From positions 1-64,000 of the IMG/VR virus record IMGVR_UViG_3300048625_000156: 64,000 nt of DNA. The stretch is one strand, 5' to 3'. Under the pieces are notes generated by a model. It saw only the letters and a list, made by a program, of their open reading frames with translations. It had not been told where the DNA came from and did not search any database. Each line of letters begins with the position of its first letter. Positions within the stretch are counted from its first letter, which is position 1. The translations under genes and the position numbers were made by a program. This DNA is from a virus. Positions 46,972 to 58,900 of the stretch are shown here, in pieces.

Positions 46972-47493
46972 TTATACCACTAATGGATAGGTTTGAGTGA
47001 CATCCTCTGAGTAAGTCACAAACTCTACCTCTACCCTCAAATTATTATCAACGTTAATGGTGTTGACAACCACCCTTCCAGTTTCCACGTCTACATAAAC
47101 AGTCTCACCTGTGTAGGCTCCGTCAACGTCTATTGCTGTTCCAAATTCTGGAATATAGTTGCCCAGCATGAAAGAGAATAGGCTGGCGTGTTGCTGGTCC
47201 GTTCCCTGCATTGCAATCATTGAGTTGGGGTTAAACTTCTGTTCAAGTGATGCCAAGTTAGACACAATGTTGTATGTGACATTCTGACCATTAAGGATAT
47301 CTGTTCTTGTGATATTAATTAATTCTTGACCACCAATGTCTTCAAGAATAGCGTCTGCGATAAAGTCAGTCTTGTCAGTTCTTTCCTCAAGCACAAAAAG
47401 GTTTGAGGTTGCAACTTTTACAGCAACATTCGCTTGTCTATCAGTCTTTTTAGGGACTGCTGGTTTTACAGTTATCTTTGGTTTTGCTGCCAT
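46972..47493 (-). CDS. Putative tail protein
   Basis: Coupled to the large tail gene. Confidence 0.55.
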   Translation of the reverse strand: MAAKPKITVKPAVPKKTDRQANVAVKVATSNLFVLEERTDKTDFIADAILEDIGGQELINITRTDILNGQNVTYNIVSNLASLEQKFNPNSMIAMQGTDQQHASLFSFMLGNYIPEFGTAIDVDGAYTGETVYVDVETGRVVVNTINVDNNLRVEVEFVTYSEDVTQTYPLVV

Positions 47494-50400
47494 TACGTCA
47501 CCTCACTTAAATGAACGACCATTGTTGGTCCGCTTCCGTTTCTATTGTACTCAATTGAGTATACTACATATCGTGATTCATCCGATTCTGACACCTGGCT
47601 AATTCCATGTTCGTCATACTTAATCTTAACAATGTCTCCAAGTTGTAAAGTTGGTGTTGAGAAGATTTCCAAACCAACTGCTTTTCGTGGTTGCATAACT
47701 TTGGATACAAGCCAGCCCATCATATCCTCTGCAGCACCTTGTGATTGAATGTACGGAGTCTCAATTGTGAACTCTTTGTTTCCATATGTCAATCTATTCT
47801 TTTTAATATCAGAGTAGGCTTTTTCATACTTCTTACTATACACCTGATTATTACGGTAGTCAGGATCTGAGAGGTTTCCCTGATCCGTAAAGAACTCGTC
47901 TACGGTATAGTCGTGCTTTGAGTTTTGTGTAAACGTTACTCCCTGAATTCTTAAATAGTTTCCACTACCACTATCCAAGCTAAGAACTGTATCGGTAGTG
48001 TTAAAGATTAGGAACTCCGCACCGAAGGCATTTGCTGTAAACCCAGATACAGCATAGCCCTGGTTGTTGTTAAACGTTGGAGAAATCTTTGCAAACAGTG
48101 CAGGGTACGCTTTGTCGTACTTAATGTTAAAGTAAGCCATCTCCCTCATAATGGTTCCAAACTCTTCAAAATAAATATTGTATTCTGGCTTACCGACACC
48201 AGCATTTACACCAGTCAAGAACGTGGACTTGATGGCTCCGCTAAGTGCAAACTTGTTCATAGATGTTGATGCTGTGGTGTTGTCCATTCCAAAGACGTTT
48301 GCTACTGGAGCGTTCACAAGAGATGATGGGTTAACTTCGGCGTTGGTCGCAAGAGCAGAAACGTTTTCGAACATAATTCTAGATGATCCACGAGTAAAGA
48401 GTGCAATGTTGTTGTGTTTGTTCAGTGGGTCTGCATCTACAACTGAGCCAACAAGGCTTCCATTTAGGTACATGAAGAACTTGACTCCAGTACCAGACTT
48501 CTGATATTCTACGCTAATGTCGTAAACGGTTGGATTCTTTTCGTTAACCATTCTGCTTTGACCAGTAAATCTTCCATCGTCAACCAGGATTGGAGCCATG
48601 CCACTCCATAGAACAATTGGAACAGCCAAACCATCACTAGGTCGTGATTGGATTTTGTAAAAGAAAATTGTGTTAATTGCAGACGCAGTAGCAGTATATG
48701 CTTTTGACTCTGTATCCGTTAATGCTACAATTTCATAGTAGTATCCTGCGTTAGTTGTTGGGTCTACCCAAATTCCGATACCGCCAGATGATCCACCAAC
48801 GTTTACAGCCTTACCTTGGTCGTCTTGCACGGAATAGTATGGCATACTTCCAACAGGAGTTTGAGTCCTTGATTGCTGATTTTCCATTGAGCCAACGACC
48901 CTCATACGAGTTGAGTAGTGAACAAACCTATTGTCAAGAGGTGTTGGATTGGTTACATACTGGATGTAGTCTTGCGGATTTACCGTTGATGGATATGTTG
49001 GTCCATCCAGAATGAGTGCTGAGCTTTGTACGGTTCCAGGAGTTGTAGCATTCTTCTTGTTTGTCTGAGTCTCCGTAATCTCTTTTGAGCTTAGGTAGTT
49101 CTTCATAATTCCGCTTGCAGTAGCTGTCTTTACGCTGTGCCAGTCAGTTAGAACACCTGCAGCAACATTCTGATATGTAATGCCTGTATTTCCTCCGTTA
49201 AACATTAGAGTTGAAACCATCTTGCATTTCTTGACTCGCTTTTCATCTGTCCATCCAGACGAAAGTCCTGCTTGGTGCTCTACAATCGATGTTCCAAACT
49301 GACCACGACCATGCTTAGCAACCTTTCCATTCTTAAGGGTATTTGCGGTAGCATCATAGTACGGCTCTGAGTAAATCCTTACCAGTCCTGTTGGATACAT
49401 CTTTCCACCAAAAGGCATTGTTGCAAAGTATTTTTGATACTCCTCTGGGCTTGAGATCCAAACGTTTCCATCTGTTAGAGTGCTGTACTGAACAGCATCA
49501 AACTTAATAATTTCTCCGTTGGCATAGAAGTAACCGTTGTATCTTGATAGCCAGTAGACAGCCTCCCCAAGATCCATTGTGTTATTGACAACAACGCCGT
49601 TCTCAACAAATGGGATGTCGGAGGATAGGGTCGTGTCTAGTGGAATTGCTGCAAGCGTGTAGGAAGACTGCTTTCCAGACTCATCGTTCCAAGCCTTTGT
49701 GTTCTCTCCTGGTGATACCTCCCACAGTAAGACTGGTTTGTATACCCAAGTTTTTTCTGCGTCCAGCACATTTGCCTGTGAGAGTGAGCTGTAAGACCTT
49801 TGAATATACTTGGTTTCATATGTAATCTTTCCACTGTTGTGAACGTCATCAGATTGTGACTCTAGCTGTGCAATATTGGTAAGGTGTACCTGATTGTCAA
49901 TGATTTCGTTTTCTCCACGAAGAGTCATCGACGTTGCTCGCTCCGTCTCGCTTGGCATCATGTATTCTTTTGTCATTAGGACTAGGTTATTTGTTTCGTC
50001 AAAGAACATTGCTGTCTGTGTAGATACCGCAAGGTCATTCAGCACCTGACCGATTGTGGTGTTTGGACCAACGATAAAGTATGGGATAACTGGCTCTTGC
50101 TGTCCAATTCTTCTAAATGTATAGTTAGAAAAACCAATAGAGTCAAGTAGGCAGGAGACAGCCATGCTAAGTGAGCAGTTCGGAATAATTAGCTCTGGAG
50201 CCTTCATCTTTTCTAGGTGGAAGAATAGATCACGAACCTTTACGGAGACGTGCTTAGATGAAGCACTTGTCTCTGGAAAACTTTCTGCATATAAAGTTTT
50301 GATTGGAACATGATAAACCATTCCGTTATCTGGGTAGATTGATTCATAAAACTTAACCTGCAAGTTCTTTGTTTGAAGATAGCTAATAAGACTATCTGGG

Positions 50401-52076
50401 TTATTTGGATTAAAAGCTTGATCGTAGTCAAACATGTCTAGGCTTCCTGTAGATGCCAGTAGCTGTCCTACAGGCATACCACTTGAGCCAAGGTCTGAGG
50501 CATGTTTTGTTACAGATATAGATGTGATCTTGTCTGTAAGGTTTGCAGCAAGGCGTGGTGACATTTCAATTAGGTCGAAGGTCACGTTGTCAATTGTCAT
50601 TGAGTCTACAACGATTCTCATACCCTTCACATACTGAATATCCCTGTAAACCTTTGTTGTTCCGTCCATGTAATACGGTGGGGATGTTAGTTCGTCTATG
50701 AAGCTAGTGGTTCTGCTAGGAGTTTCTGAGTGCAAGTACCAGCCATATTCTGGTGTAAAGGAGTCGAAGTTATCCACCTTGTTTCCAGAGTCATTGCCGT
50801 TTGCAACGTAGTAGGTCCCTGGTCCACTTGTAGACGGAACAAGGTATGCGTATCCCTCTGGTGCAGAGATTGGAAGTGCTTCAAAGGAGGACTGCTGGGG
50901 GGCAAAGATCAGAGAGTCTGTGTACTCGTCTGGAACGATAAGACCATAAGCAAGCTCTACATATCCATCTGAAGGAATCTCAATGTTGTTATCTCCAGAA
51001 AAGTCTACTGCATCTACCCAGTTATTCTGAGCGTTAAGTACTTGAATTTTCCAATCTAGAGGAACAGCCTTGGTTGCAGACGTATCATAAAATGGGTCGT
51101 CGAACGCATTGCCGTCTTCATCAATGTATCCTCCGCTAGGGGCTGCATCGATGTCTCCGACTTTTGTCTGCATCTTGACCACCAATCTGTTTGATGGAAG
51201 ACTATTCTTGTACACTACAAAGGGTGCTGCGTCGTCGATGAAGAACTTGTTACCAGACCTATAAGATACTCCACGAATATCCTCAAAGCTTTTGTCAACT
51301 GTTGCTGTTCCCTGTTCTCCATTTTCACTTAGAGTAACAGTTCCTGCAGTGCTATTGATAAGACCATATACCTTGAAGTATGTTGATGTGGCTGTCAGAA
51401 TAACGAAGTCTCTGTTGATGGTTGACACAGACGCTTTGTTTACCCCCTGGATTGAAACGTAATCTCCAGCATCAAAAGAGTTCAAGGCGTAGACGGTGGT
51501 AACCCAACCGTTTGAGGTTGACTTTGACTTTCCAACTTTTGTAACAGTTGCCGTTACAGTGGCAGTCTTGCCTTCTGTTCTAAGCGATGTCCAGTATTTG
51601 AAATTGTCATTTGCAGTACCAAAATAAAATCTTGGCTGTCTAGCCATGTCTGGGTGTACACGGTTTAGGTATTGTCCGTCGAAGTATATAGCTTTGTTGA
51701 TTCCAGAACGAGGGCGGAAGCGACCTAGGCAGTCCTCTAAAGAAAAAAGAGTCTTCATTTTATCTTTTTTAGAAATAAAGATTTGTGGGGTTCCGTCATC
51801 CTTAAACCCACCGTCTACAACAACATCTGAGTCAGTCGCACCGAAGTAGTGCTTAGTTGCTGTTAGTGCATTTTCAGAAACAAAGTTAGTCTTTGGACCA
51901 GAAAAGATATAGTCGTCGTCTCCGACCTCAGCATCTGGTCTATTGCGATAGTTACCAATTTCATCAATGTTTTCAGCAATGTTAAGATTCCACTCAGCAA
52001 CAACGAGTGCTTGAGAGTTGATCGTAGAGGATGTCTCTAGATGTTTTTGTAAGTAGTTATTTTCGCTTTGCCACAT
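47493..52076 (-). CDS. Large minor tail / tail tip protein
   Basis: 1527 aa, two genes after tape measure; P.LQLGD.V C-terminal motif. Confidence 0.75.
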   Translation of the reverse strand: MWQSENNYLQKHLETSSTINSQALVVAEWNLNIAENIDEIGNYRNRPDAEVGDDDYIFSGPKTNFVSENALTATKHYFGATDSDVVVDGGFKDDGTPQIFISKKDKMKTLFSLEDCLGRFRPRSGINKAIYFDGQYLNRVHPDMARQPRFYFGTANDNFKYWTSLRTEGKTATVTATVTKVGKSKSTSNGWVTTVYALNSFDAGDYVSIQGVNKASVSTINRDFVILTATSTYFKVYGLINSTAGTVTLSENGEQGTATVDKSFEDIRGVSYRSGNKFFIDDAAPFVVYKNSLPSNRLVVKMQTKVGDIDAAPSGGYIDEDGNAFDDPFYDTSATKAVPLDWKIQVLNAQNNWVDAVDFSGDNNIEIPSDGYVELAYGLIVPDEYTDSLIFAPQQSSFEALPISAPEGYAYLVPSTSGPGTYYVANGNDSGNKVDNFDSFTPEYGWYLHSETPSRTTSFIDELTSPPYYMDGTTKVYRDIQYVKGMRIVVDSMTIDNVTFDLIEMSPRLAANLTDKITSISVTKHASDLGSSGMPVGQLLASTGSLDMFDYDQAFNPNNPDSLISYLQTKNLQVKFYESIYPDNGMVYHVPIKTLYAESFPETSASSKHVSVKVRDLFFHLEKMKAPELIIPNCSLSMAVSCLLDSIGFSNYTFRRIGQQEPVIPYFIVGPNTTIGQVLNDLAVSTQTAMFFDETNNLVLMTKEYMMPSETERATSMTLRGENEIIDNQVHLTNIAQLESQSDDVHNSGKITYETKYIQRSYSSLSQANVLDAEKTWVYKPVLLWEVSPGENTKAWNDESGKQSSYTLAAIPLDTTLSSDIPFVENGVVVNNTMDLGEAVYWLSRYNGYFYANGEIIKFDAVQYSTLTDGNVWISSPEEYQKYFATMPFGGKMYPTGLVRIYSEPYYDATANTLKNGKVAKHGRGQFGTSIVEHQAGLSSGWTDEKRVKKCKMVSTLMFNGGNTGITYQNVAAGVLTDWHSVKTATASGIMKNYLSSKEITETQTNKKNATTPGTVQSSALILDGPTYPSTVNPQDYIQYVTNPTPLDNRFVHYSTRMRVVGSMENQQSRTQTPVGSMPYYSVQDDQGKAVNVGGSSGGIGIWVDPTTNAGYYYEIVALTDTESKAYTATASAINTIFFYKIQSRPSDGLAVPIVLWSGMAPILVDDGRFTGQSRMVNEKNPTVYDISVEYQKSGTGVKFFMYLNGSLVGSVVDADPLNKHNNIALFTRGSSRIMFENVSALATNAEVNPSSLVNAPVANVFGMDNTTASTSMNKFALSGAIKSTFLTGVNAGVGKPEYNIYFEEFGTIMREMAYFNIKYDKAYPALFAKISPTFNNNQGYAVSGFTANAFGAEFLIFNTTDTVLSLDSGSGNYLRIQGVTFTQNSKHDYTVDEFFTDQGNLSDPDYRNNQVYSKKYEKAYSDIKKNRLTYGNKEFTIETPYIQSQGAAEDMMGWLVSKVMQPRKAVGLEIFSTPTLQLGDIVKIKYDEHGISQVSESDESRYVVYSIEYNRNGSGPTMVVHLSEVT

Positions 52077-52077
52077 A

Positions 52078-52911
52078 TTATGCCTCTTCTAGTGTAACAG
52101 AAACATTCCACATGTCGTAGTTGCTTCCACCACGTTTGTCTACCGTGTAGGAGAAGTCTGCAATATACATTTCAACTACCTGGCTATATTGCCCCAGGTG
52201 TCCATAGGCTGCTCTGTCATCACCAAAGTTTTTGTATTTGTCATATGATAGGAATACCCAGAATGATCCTGTGTGACTCTCGTACCAATCTAGAAGTTCG
52301 TTACCGCCAGCTCCTCCGTCAATTGTGTATGGGGTAGTTGAGGATTTGCCAGTTGTTGGGTTAATAGTTCCTGGTAGTGGGAATGCTCTTGATGGAAGAT
52401 TTTTCCAAGATACAGAAAGTTTTAGTTTGTCTGCAATATGGTATGAACGCATACGACCATTAATCATACGCTCACGCTTTTCAATACGTTCTGGTGAGAA
52501 GTTTAGTCCATCACGGTTGTGGTCTGTCAGGAATATGAAGTCGCTAAACTCTGTACCGCCTGGCAAGAAAACGTATGATCCAGCGTTGAATGTGATTGAT
52601 GTTGTAGAACTTTCTGAGTGTGCAACATTCACTGTAAAGGTTTTTGGTCCTGTAACTTCCACAACCTTTACGCTTGTTCCAAATGCTCCGTTGCCAGATG
52701 TCTTTAGTAGAACGTATCCTGGAACAAGACCTACAGTACTTCCACCATTTTCAGAAAGCTGAACCTCATAAGATCCTGATGTGATAACAGCATTTAAGCC
52801 TGTTACTTTCCAGTCTGGCTCTAGAGTTCCTGGGTTTTCAGAGAATAGGACGGCTTCTGGACGTGCGTACTTGATACGACCATCCATGTATGTTGGTGAT
52901 ACTGCTGGCAT
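52078..52911 (-). CDS. Distal tail-like protein
   Basis: Directly after tape measure; RMINGRMR, LSVSW..LP, V.LEE. Confidence 0.65.
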   Translation of the reverse strand: MPAVSPTYMDGRIKYARPEAVLFSENPGTLEPDWKVTGLNAVITSGSYEVQLSENGGSTVGLVPGYVLLKTSGNGAFGTSVKVVEVTGPKTFTVNVAHSESSTTSITFNAGSYVFLPGGTEFSDFIFLTDHNRDGLNFSPERIEKRERMINGRMRSYHIADKLKLSVSWKNLPSRAFPLPGTINPTTGKSSTTPYTIDGGAGGNELLDWYESHTGSFWVFLSYDKYKNFGDDRAAYGHLGQYSQVVEMYIADFSYTVDKRGGSNYDMWNVSVTLEEA

Positions 52912-55900
52912 TAAACTCTACTTCCCTTCATTCCCTGACCTTCAACTCGTTGAATCTGCTGCATAACTGTCTTTGCAATCTGATCAGCGTTTGCGTCTGA
53001 CTTAACGTTAACACTGATACTATAATTATACACTGAACTGCCTCCGCCTGAAGGCATTTCTCCACGGTTAATCTTAGCCATGTTTCCAGCACCAAGCTTG
53101 TCAGTTGCTGACTTCTTTACTACAAACTCTCCTTGTTGTAGCATAGCAGGAATTGTGTCCTTGCCCATAGGCTTAAATATAGGCATCTTTCCATTAGCAA
53201 GGTAGTTCATCATACCGCCAGAAGCAAAGTGCTTAGCAACACGTCCACCCATAGCCCAACCCTCAGACTTTGCACTCTTGAGTTCTTTAAGGTCTTTATT
53301 TTGGGTTGCTGCGTCAAGAAGTGACTGCCACTGCTCTTTGGTCTTTCCACCAAATGTTAGGCTTGCAATCTGAGAATCTTTTGCCTCAGTCATTCTATCA
53401 CGCTGTTCTTGCATGGCAGCGTTCTGAGCGTTCTGGCGAGCCTGTTGCTGTGCTCTTGCAGCAGCACCGATGTCACCCTTTGACAATGCGTCAGCAAGGT
53501 CTAGCTGGTCCTTCTTCTGCTGGTTGATAACATCGTTAGCCTTCTGAATCTTATCCATAGCCTTCATGCGTTCATCGTAGGCTTTATTAATCTTTTCTTC
53601 CTGCTTATTGATCTGGTTGATTGCACCACTGTAGTAGTCCATCTTGCGTTGCTGCTTGTCAATTGGAGTGCCTCCACCACCGCCACCACCAGTGTCACCT
53701 CCAGTGTCACCTCCAGCTGCAGGGGCTGCACCAGAACCCACACTCTTTCCAGCAAGATATGAAGCAAACATGCTAAAAGTCTTTGTTGGGTCTCCAGCAG
53801 CCCAAGCCTTAAATTGAGCCTGTAGATTCTTATCTCCAGCCATTCCCAAAGTTGCGTTAAAGTTAGCTAGATACTTAACTTTTTGAGATTTTGTTTTTAG
53901 ATTTTGAAAAACTTTATCCTTGTTAATGAAATCCTGCATCTTTTTATCTACAACTGCTGTAGCAACAAGTTTTGTCTCTGGAATCTTTTTTAAGTCATCT
54001 GTGGTCTTTTTATATGCGTTTGCAAACGTGTTCAGTTTAGTCATAGCGTCATCAGTAGTTAGGTCTAGATTGACATTCTGAAGACCAGCAGTAACCGCTT
54101 CCTGGTCTGCTGTGCTACGAGAAGCTCTCTCAAGAGCACCTGTGGTAACTGCTGTGTTCGCTCCACGAGCTTGAGCACTGCCCATAAGCTCTGTCGTCTG
54201 ACGGTCGCCCATGGCATTAACGGAAGCCTGGTATGCTGTTGAGAAGTTTCCTCCAACAGTTCCAGCACCGCCACCACCTTCACCAGCCATTTTAATAACA
54301 CTAGCCATGTCTTGGTTACCAATTGCATCTCCAAGGAATTGCCCCTCAAGCAGCATTCTCATGTCGGAGTTTTCGACACCCTTAATAGCATCCTTTTGCT
54401 TGTTGGCTACAGTCTTCTCTTCTTCTGTTGCGTTGGCATACTTTTCATCAACTGCAGTATTGAATGTGCCCTTGTCGTCAACAGCCTTACCGACGGTGTT
54501 AATTTTTGCACGTTGATCAGCACCTGCCTTGTAGATTGCTGTAATGTCTGCATCCCTACTGCCCTCAAGCCCTGTTATCTCTGTCTTTAAGGCTGCTTTC
54601 TTTGTCTTGTCTGTTTCTGCATCAAACTCTTTTTGCTTTTCGGCAATCTTTTTGTCAACAGCAGCCACACCAGAGTCAATTGATGTTTGAATTGATCCAT
54701 ATGAACCAAGCATTGCTGTGTATCCTGCTTTAGCGTCGTCTCCTCTTCCAGGCTTAATGCCTCCAACCGTTCCATATGCATATTGGTCTTCTAATTTTGG
54801 TGCAGTATAGGTTTGGTTTCCAGATGTGTATTGTTCACCTGGCTTTAACTTTTCACCCTTTAGGTTTGTCATGTTTCCGTATAACTTGTCAAAACTTTCT
54901 TGCTTTTGAGCTGTAATGTCTTTCTGAGTATATACAGCGTCGTCAAGAAGGAAGTCTGCGTTTTCAGTGGTTGACTGGATAAGCTTTGTTGTAACCTTTA
55001 GTGGATCTTTTAGAATGTCTGTTCCATCTGGTCCAAGAAGTTCTGATAGCTGTGAAGTAACTGTAATTGGGAATGCTGAGTCACCAAGCTCTTTACCAAC
55101 AGCCGTTGCAATACTGTTGGCTTCTGTTAGTGTTAGAGTACCCTGCGAAATTGCTTGGGCAAGTGTAGCACTGTACTGCTGTGCAACCTGTGCTGGGGTT
55201 AGCTTGCCGCTTTCTTTTAGCTTTTCAAGGTTGGCAACGTCTGCCTTACCTGCATCAGAGGCGACGTAATCCTTACCAATCTGAAGGTCTTCTACCGACT
55301 TGAGACCTGCACGACGTGCATCTGACTCTGCTTGAGCAGCCTCTGTCAGTCCTACACGACCAGTAAGCTCTCCAAACTTCTTAACACTATCTGAAGCGAC
55401 TGCCATAGCATTACCAAGCTGAGCAGCTTTCTTATTAGCTTCTGCTTGCTGCCATAATGAGAACGCAATAATTCCTGCAAATATAGCTAATGGTGCTGCA
55501 ATTGCAAGAACTGCTGCTCCTGCTGCAGTGCCAAAGAATGTTGCAAGTCCTGCAAGCATTGTTTCTGGTATCAGGGCAATTACAGATTGGATAAGCATAA
55601 GTGGCATCATGATTGCATTAGCAATTTCTCCCACCTTTCCAGGCATCATGGACAGTGTTCCCATTACTGCTGCGGTAGTCATCATTGCTTTACCGCTTCC
55701 GAGTTGACCAATGACACCCTTACCAACTGTAGCTGCTGCTTGCTTTAGTTTTGTCCCTAGTTGAACAAGGCTAACCTTCATTCTTTCTACGCCAGCCTTG
55801 ACTGCGGTTGCAGCAGTATTCATAGCATTACGAATTGCACCTGGAGCCTGAACTGCAAAGTTCTTGATGGCTACCATGCCCTCTGTCATCTTTTGCTTTG

Positions 55901-58900
55901 CAATAAATGCAGCGTTTCCAATAGCCTCTACCGTTACCCTATATGGCTTCATTAGGTTGTCTGCCACGGCAAGCATCTGGCTTGCCTGACGAAGATTCTT
56001 TTCCTCCTGAGTGATCAGGTGTACTCTAACTCCGTGTACAGCATTTAGCTTTTCAACGTTTACAATACCAGCAGAATCCGTAAAGGGTCTCATCATCTTG
56101 TGGAACTGCTCTTTAGCGTACTGTGCCGATGCTGGACTAATTACAAATGAACTCTTTGCAGTATCTGCAACACTCTTCTTGAATGCTGGACCAGCTTCAT
56201 TGATACCAACGATAGCCCCATCTGCAAGGTTCTTACCTGCTTCTTTAGTTCTGCGTGATGGAGATTGTGCCTGTGCTGCAACATTTGTTGCCTCTGCTAC
56301 ATCCTGTTCAATCTTTGCAGCAATCTTTGCACCTGCCTGGGTTGTTTGTGGCTTAGTTGCTGCAGCAGGAACCTGACCAACTATAGCTTCCTTTTGTGCT
56401 TTGGTTGCGTCAAATGGAACCTGGTACTTTGTGTTTACGTCTGCCTTGCCGTAAATCTCTTTAATTCCAGCATCTTTTCTTGATAGTGCTGAGTCAAGTT
56501 GTGATGATGGAGTCTGTCCCTGGGCTGCAATCCTGTTTCTAACATCTGCAGGAGTATCCATAATTACTGGAGCAGTATTGTGAGCAGCAACCGATCTTGA
56601 TGTGTCCATGCCTTCGGCTGATGCAAACTTACGTCCAGTGTCAAAGACACCTGTGTAGCGTCCACGCTCGGAGGTCATGGCTTCACGACCAATAGATCCG
56701 AATCCACCATGACCACGCTGACGTTCACGAGTGTTGTCATCAAATGTGGTTACGTTTGTTGCAAACTTATCTGCTGCTGCCTGAACACGAGGGTCTGAAG
56801 ATTTTGTCTTGGCTCTAGCCTTGTCGGATGCTGCGTAGTATTCTGGGTCACCCATCTTTTCGCCTGTAACGTTGCTAACCTCTTTAGCAATGTTGTGGCT
56901 TAGGTCTTCTGCATACTTTGCAATTTCTGGATTAGACTCTACAGCAGCCTGAATATCTTTAACAGTCTTAGCACCAAAAAGTTCTTTTGCAATGTAAGCA
57001 ATTAGTGGACCTTGGATTAGCTTTGGATTTGCCTTGTACTCTGCAGCAATACCTGCAGGTGACGCTGTTCCACGGTTTAGCTGATCGTTGGCTGTTTTTG
57101 AGAGCAAGCTTGTTGAGTCTGTAAATCCACGAGTTGACTGATATCCTGCAACACCATTCTTTGCATAACCAGGAATGTTGACCTTTGCACCACTTAGAAG
57201 TGCAGCAACCACTGCTGGGTTTTTCTTTACATTTTCAACAGAAAGAACCACTTCACCATTTGAAAGATTGGCTGGAACCTTGTCATCTGTTGGACCACCA
57301 GGACCAACTACGACACCACCAGTAGCCATCTTCTTTGGCTTTGGTCCAGTCTTGGCTCCAGGGATTCTGCTTCCAAAATTGTTTTGGATTGCTACAGCAC
57401 GTTCCATCTCCTTGCGAAGAAGTGCGACAGCACCTGCCTCTGCAGTAAATGTCTGTGTAAGTTTTTCATGGACTTGCTCAAGTGATGCAGCTACTGCACG
57501 AGCTTCAATTTGTTCCTGTGTCATGTAGGATGTCTGTGAACCAAGGTCTTTTGTTCCCTGACCTAGATTGTTAAAGAAAGACTTAACACTTGCAAATAGC
57601 TTAATCATGTTAGCAATACCGTTAGCGATAAGACCAATAGCCATAAGTGCTACTGGACCTACCCCAGCCAAGACGAGGGTTAGCCCTCCAACAAAGTCTT
57701 TGGCTCCGCTACTCATGTTATTAAAGTTTTTTAGAACATCTGTAAAGAATTTTGCAATTGGAGTTACAGCCTTCATGAACTGCTCTCCAAGGGGGATAAG
57801 TTCTACCTTGAGGTCCTCTAGAGCCTTTTTAAACTTGAACATAGGAGAGTCTTCAATTCTCTTCAACTCTCGTTCAGCAAGCACTGAGGCTGCTCCTGGA
57901 CCTTGTGCTGCAAGGTTGGCTACGCTGGATGCCTGGCTGTTTGCATCTGTAACGTTCTTTAGAAGTGTTGAGATACGAGCGAACTGGAACTTTCCAAACA
58001 CCTGTTCGATTGCCTGTGCTCGCTTTAGTGGGTCAAGAGCGTTGAGTGCGTTTCCTAGGTCTACAACCATTCCCTTGACATCGCCCTTGTTTGATTGAAC
58101 AATGTTCTTTAGGTTAATACCAAGACCAGCAAGCATATCTGATGCCTTCTTGCTTGGGTTAATCATGGAGGCTAGACCAGACTTAAGTGCGTTAGCACCT
58201 TCAGATGCGTTGATTCCACCTTCCTTCATTGCTGTCAAGAAGAATGCTAGGTCTTCTACGTTTCCGCCTAGCTGCTGAATAACTGGGGCTGCCTTTGGAA
58301 TAGCAATTGTCATATCCTCAATGCTGAGTACCGATTGGTTTTCAACTGCGTTTAGGAAGTTAATCTTATTCTTTAGTTGATCAGCAGAGATGCCAAATGC
58401 GTTAGTAAGAGAGATAGTTGTTTCAAGTGCCTGTTGCTGATCTACCCCACCAAGAACTGCGAGGGTTGTTGCCGACTGAACCTGAGCAAGAAGGTCTGCA
58501 CCTTGTTTACCCATAGCAGCAGCGTCAGCAGCCATGCTCATTGTGTCCGCAACAGCCACGCCATACTTTGTAAATGTTTTTGCTAGGCTCTGAACCTGTC
58601 CAGCCATATCGTCTGTTTGCTGCATTGTTGTACTCAGGTCACCATATACACGCTTAAATTTAATTACTGATGTTTCCATGTCCATGAATGTCTTGGCTGC
58701 AATCTGACCAAGCATTGTAAGTGGAACAGTAAAACCAACCATAAGCTGACGACCAGCCCACTGGGTATTCTTACCCCAGTTGAGCATGTTTGTAGAGCCT
58801 TGCTTAAGAAGTTGATTTAGAAGTTGCTGTCTTTGTGCAGCAATTTGAGTTTTTGTTGATAGGTTTTCCATATCAAGCATGAGTGGACGAATCTTGATTG

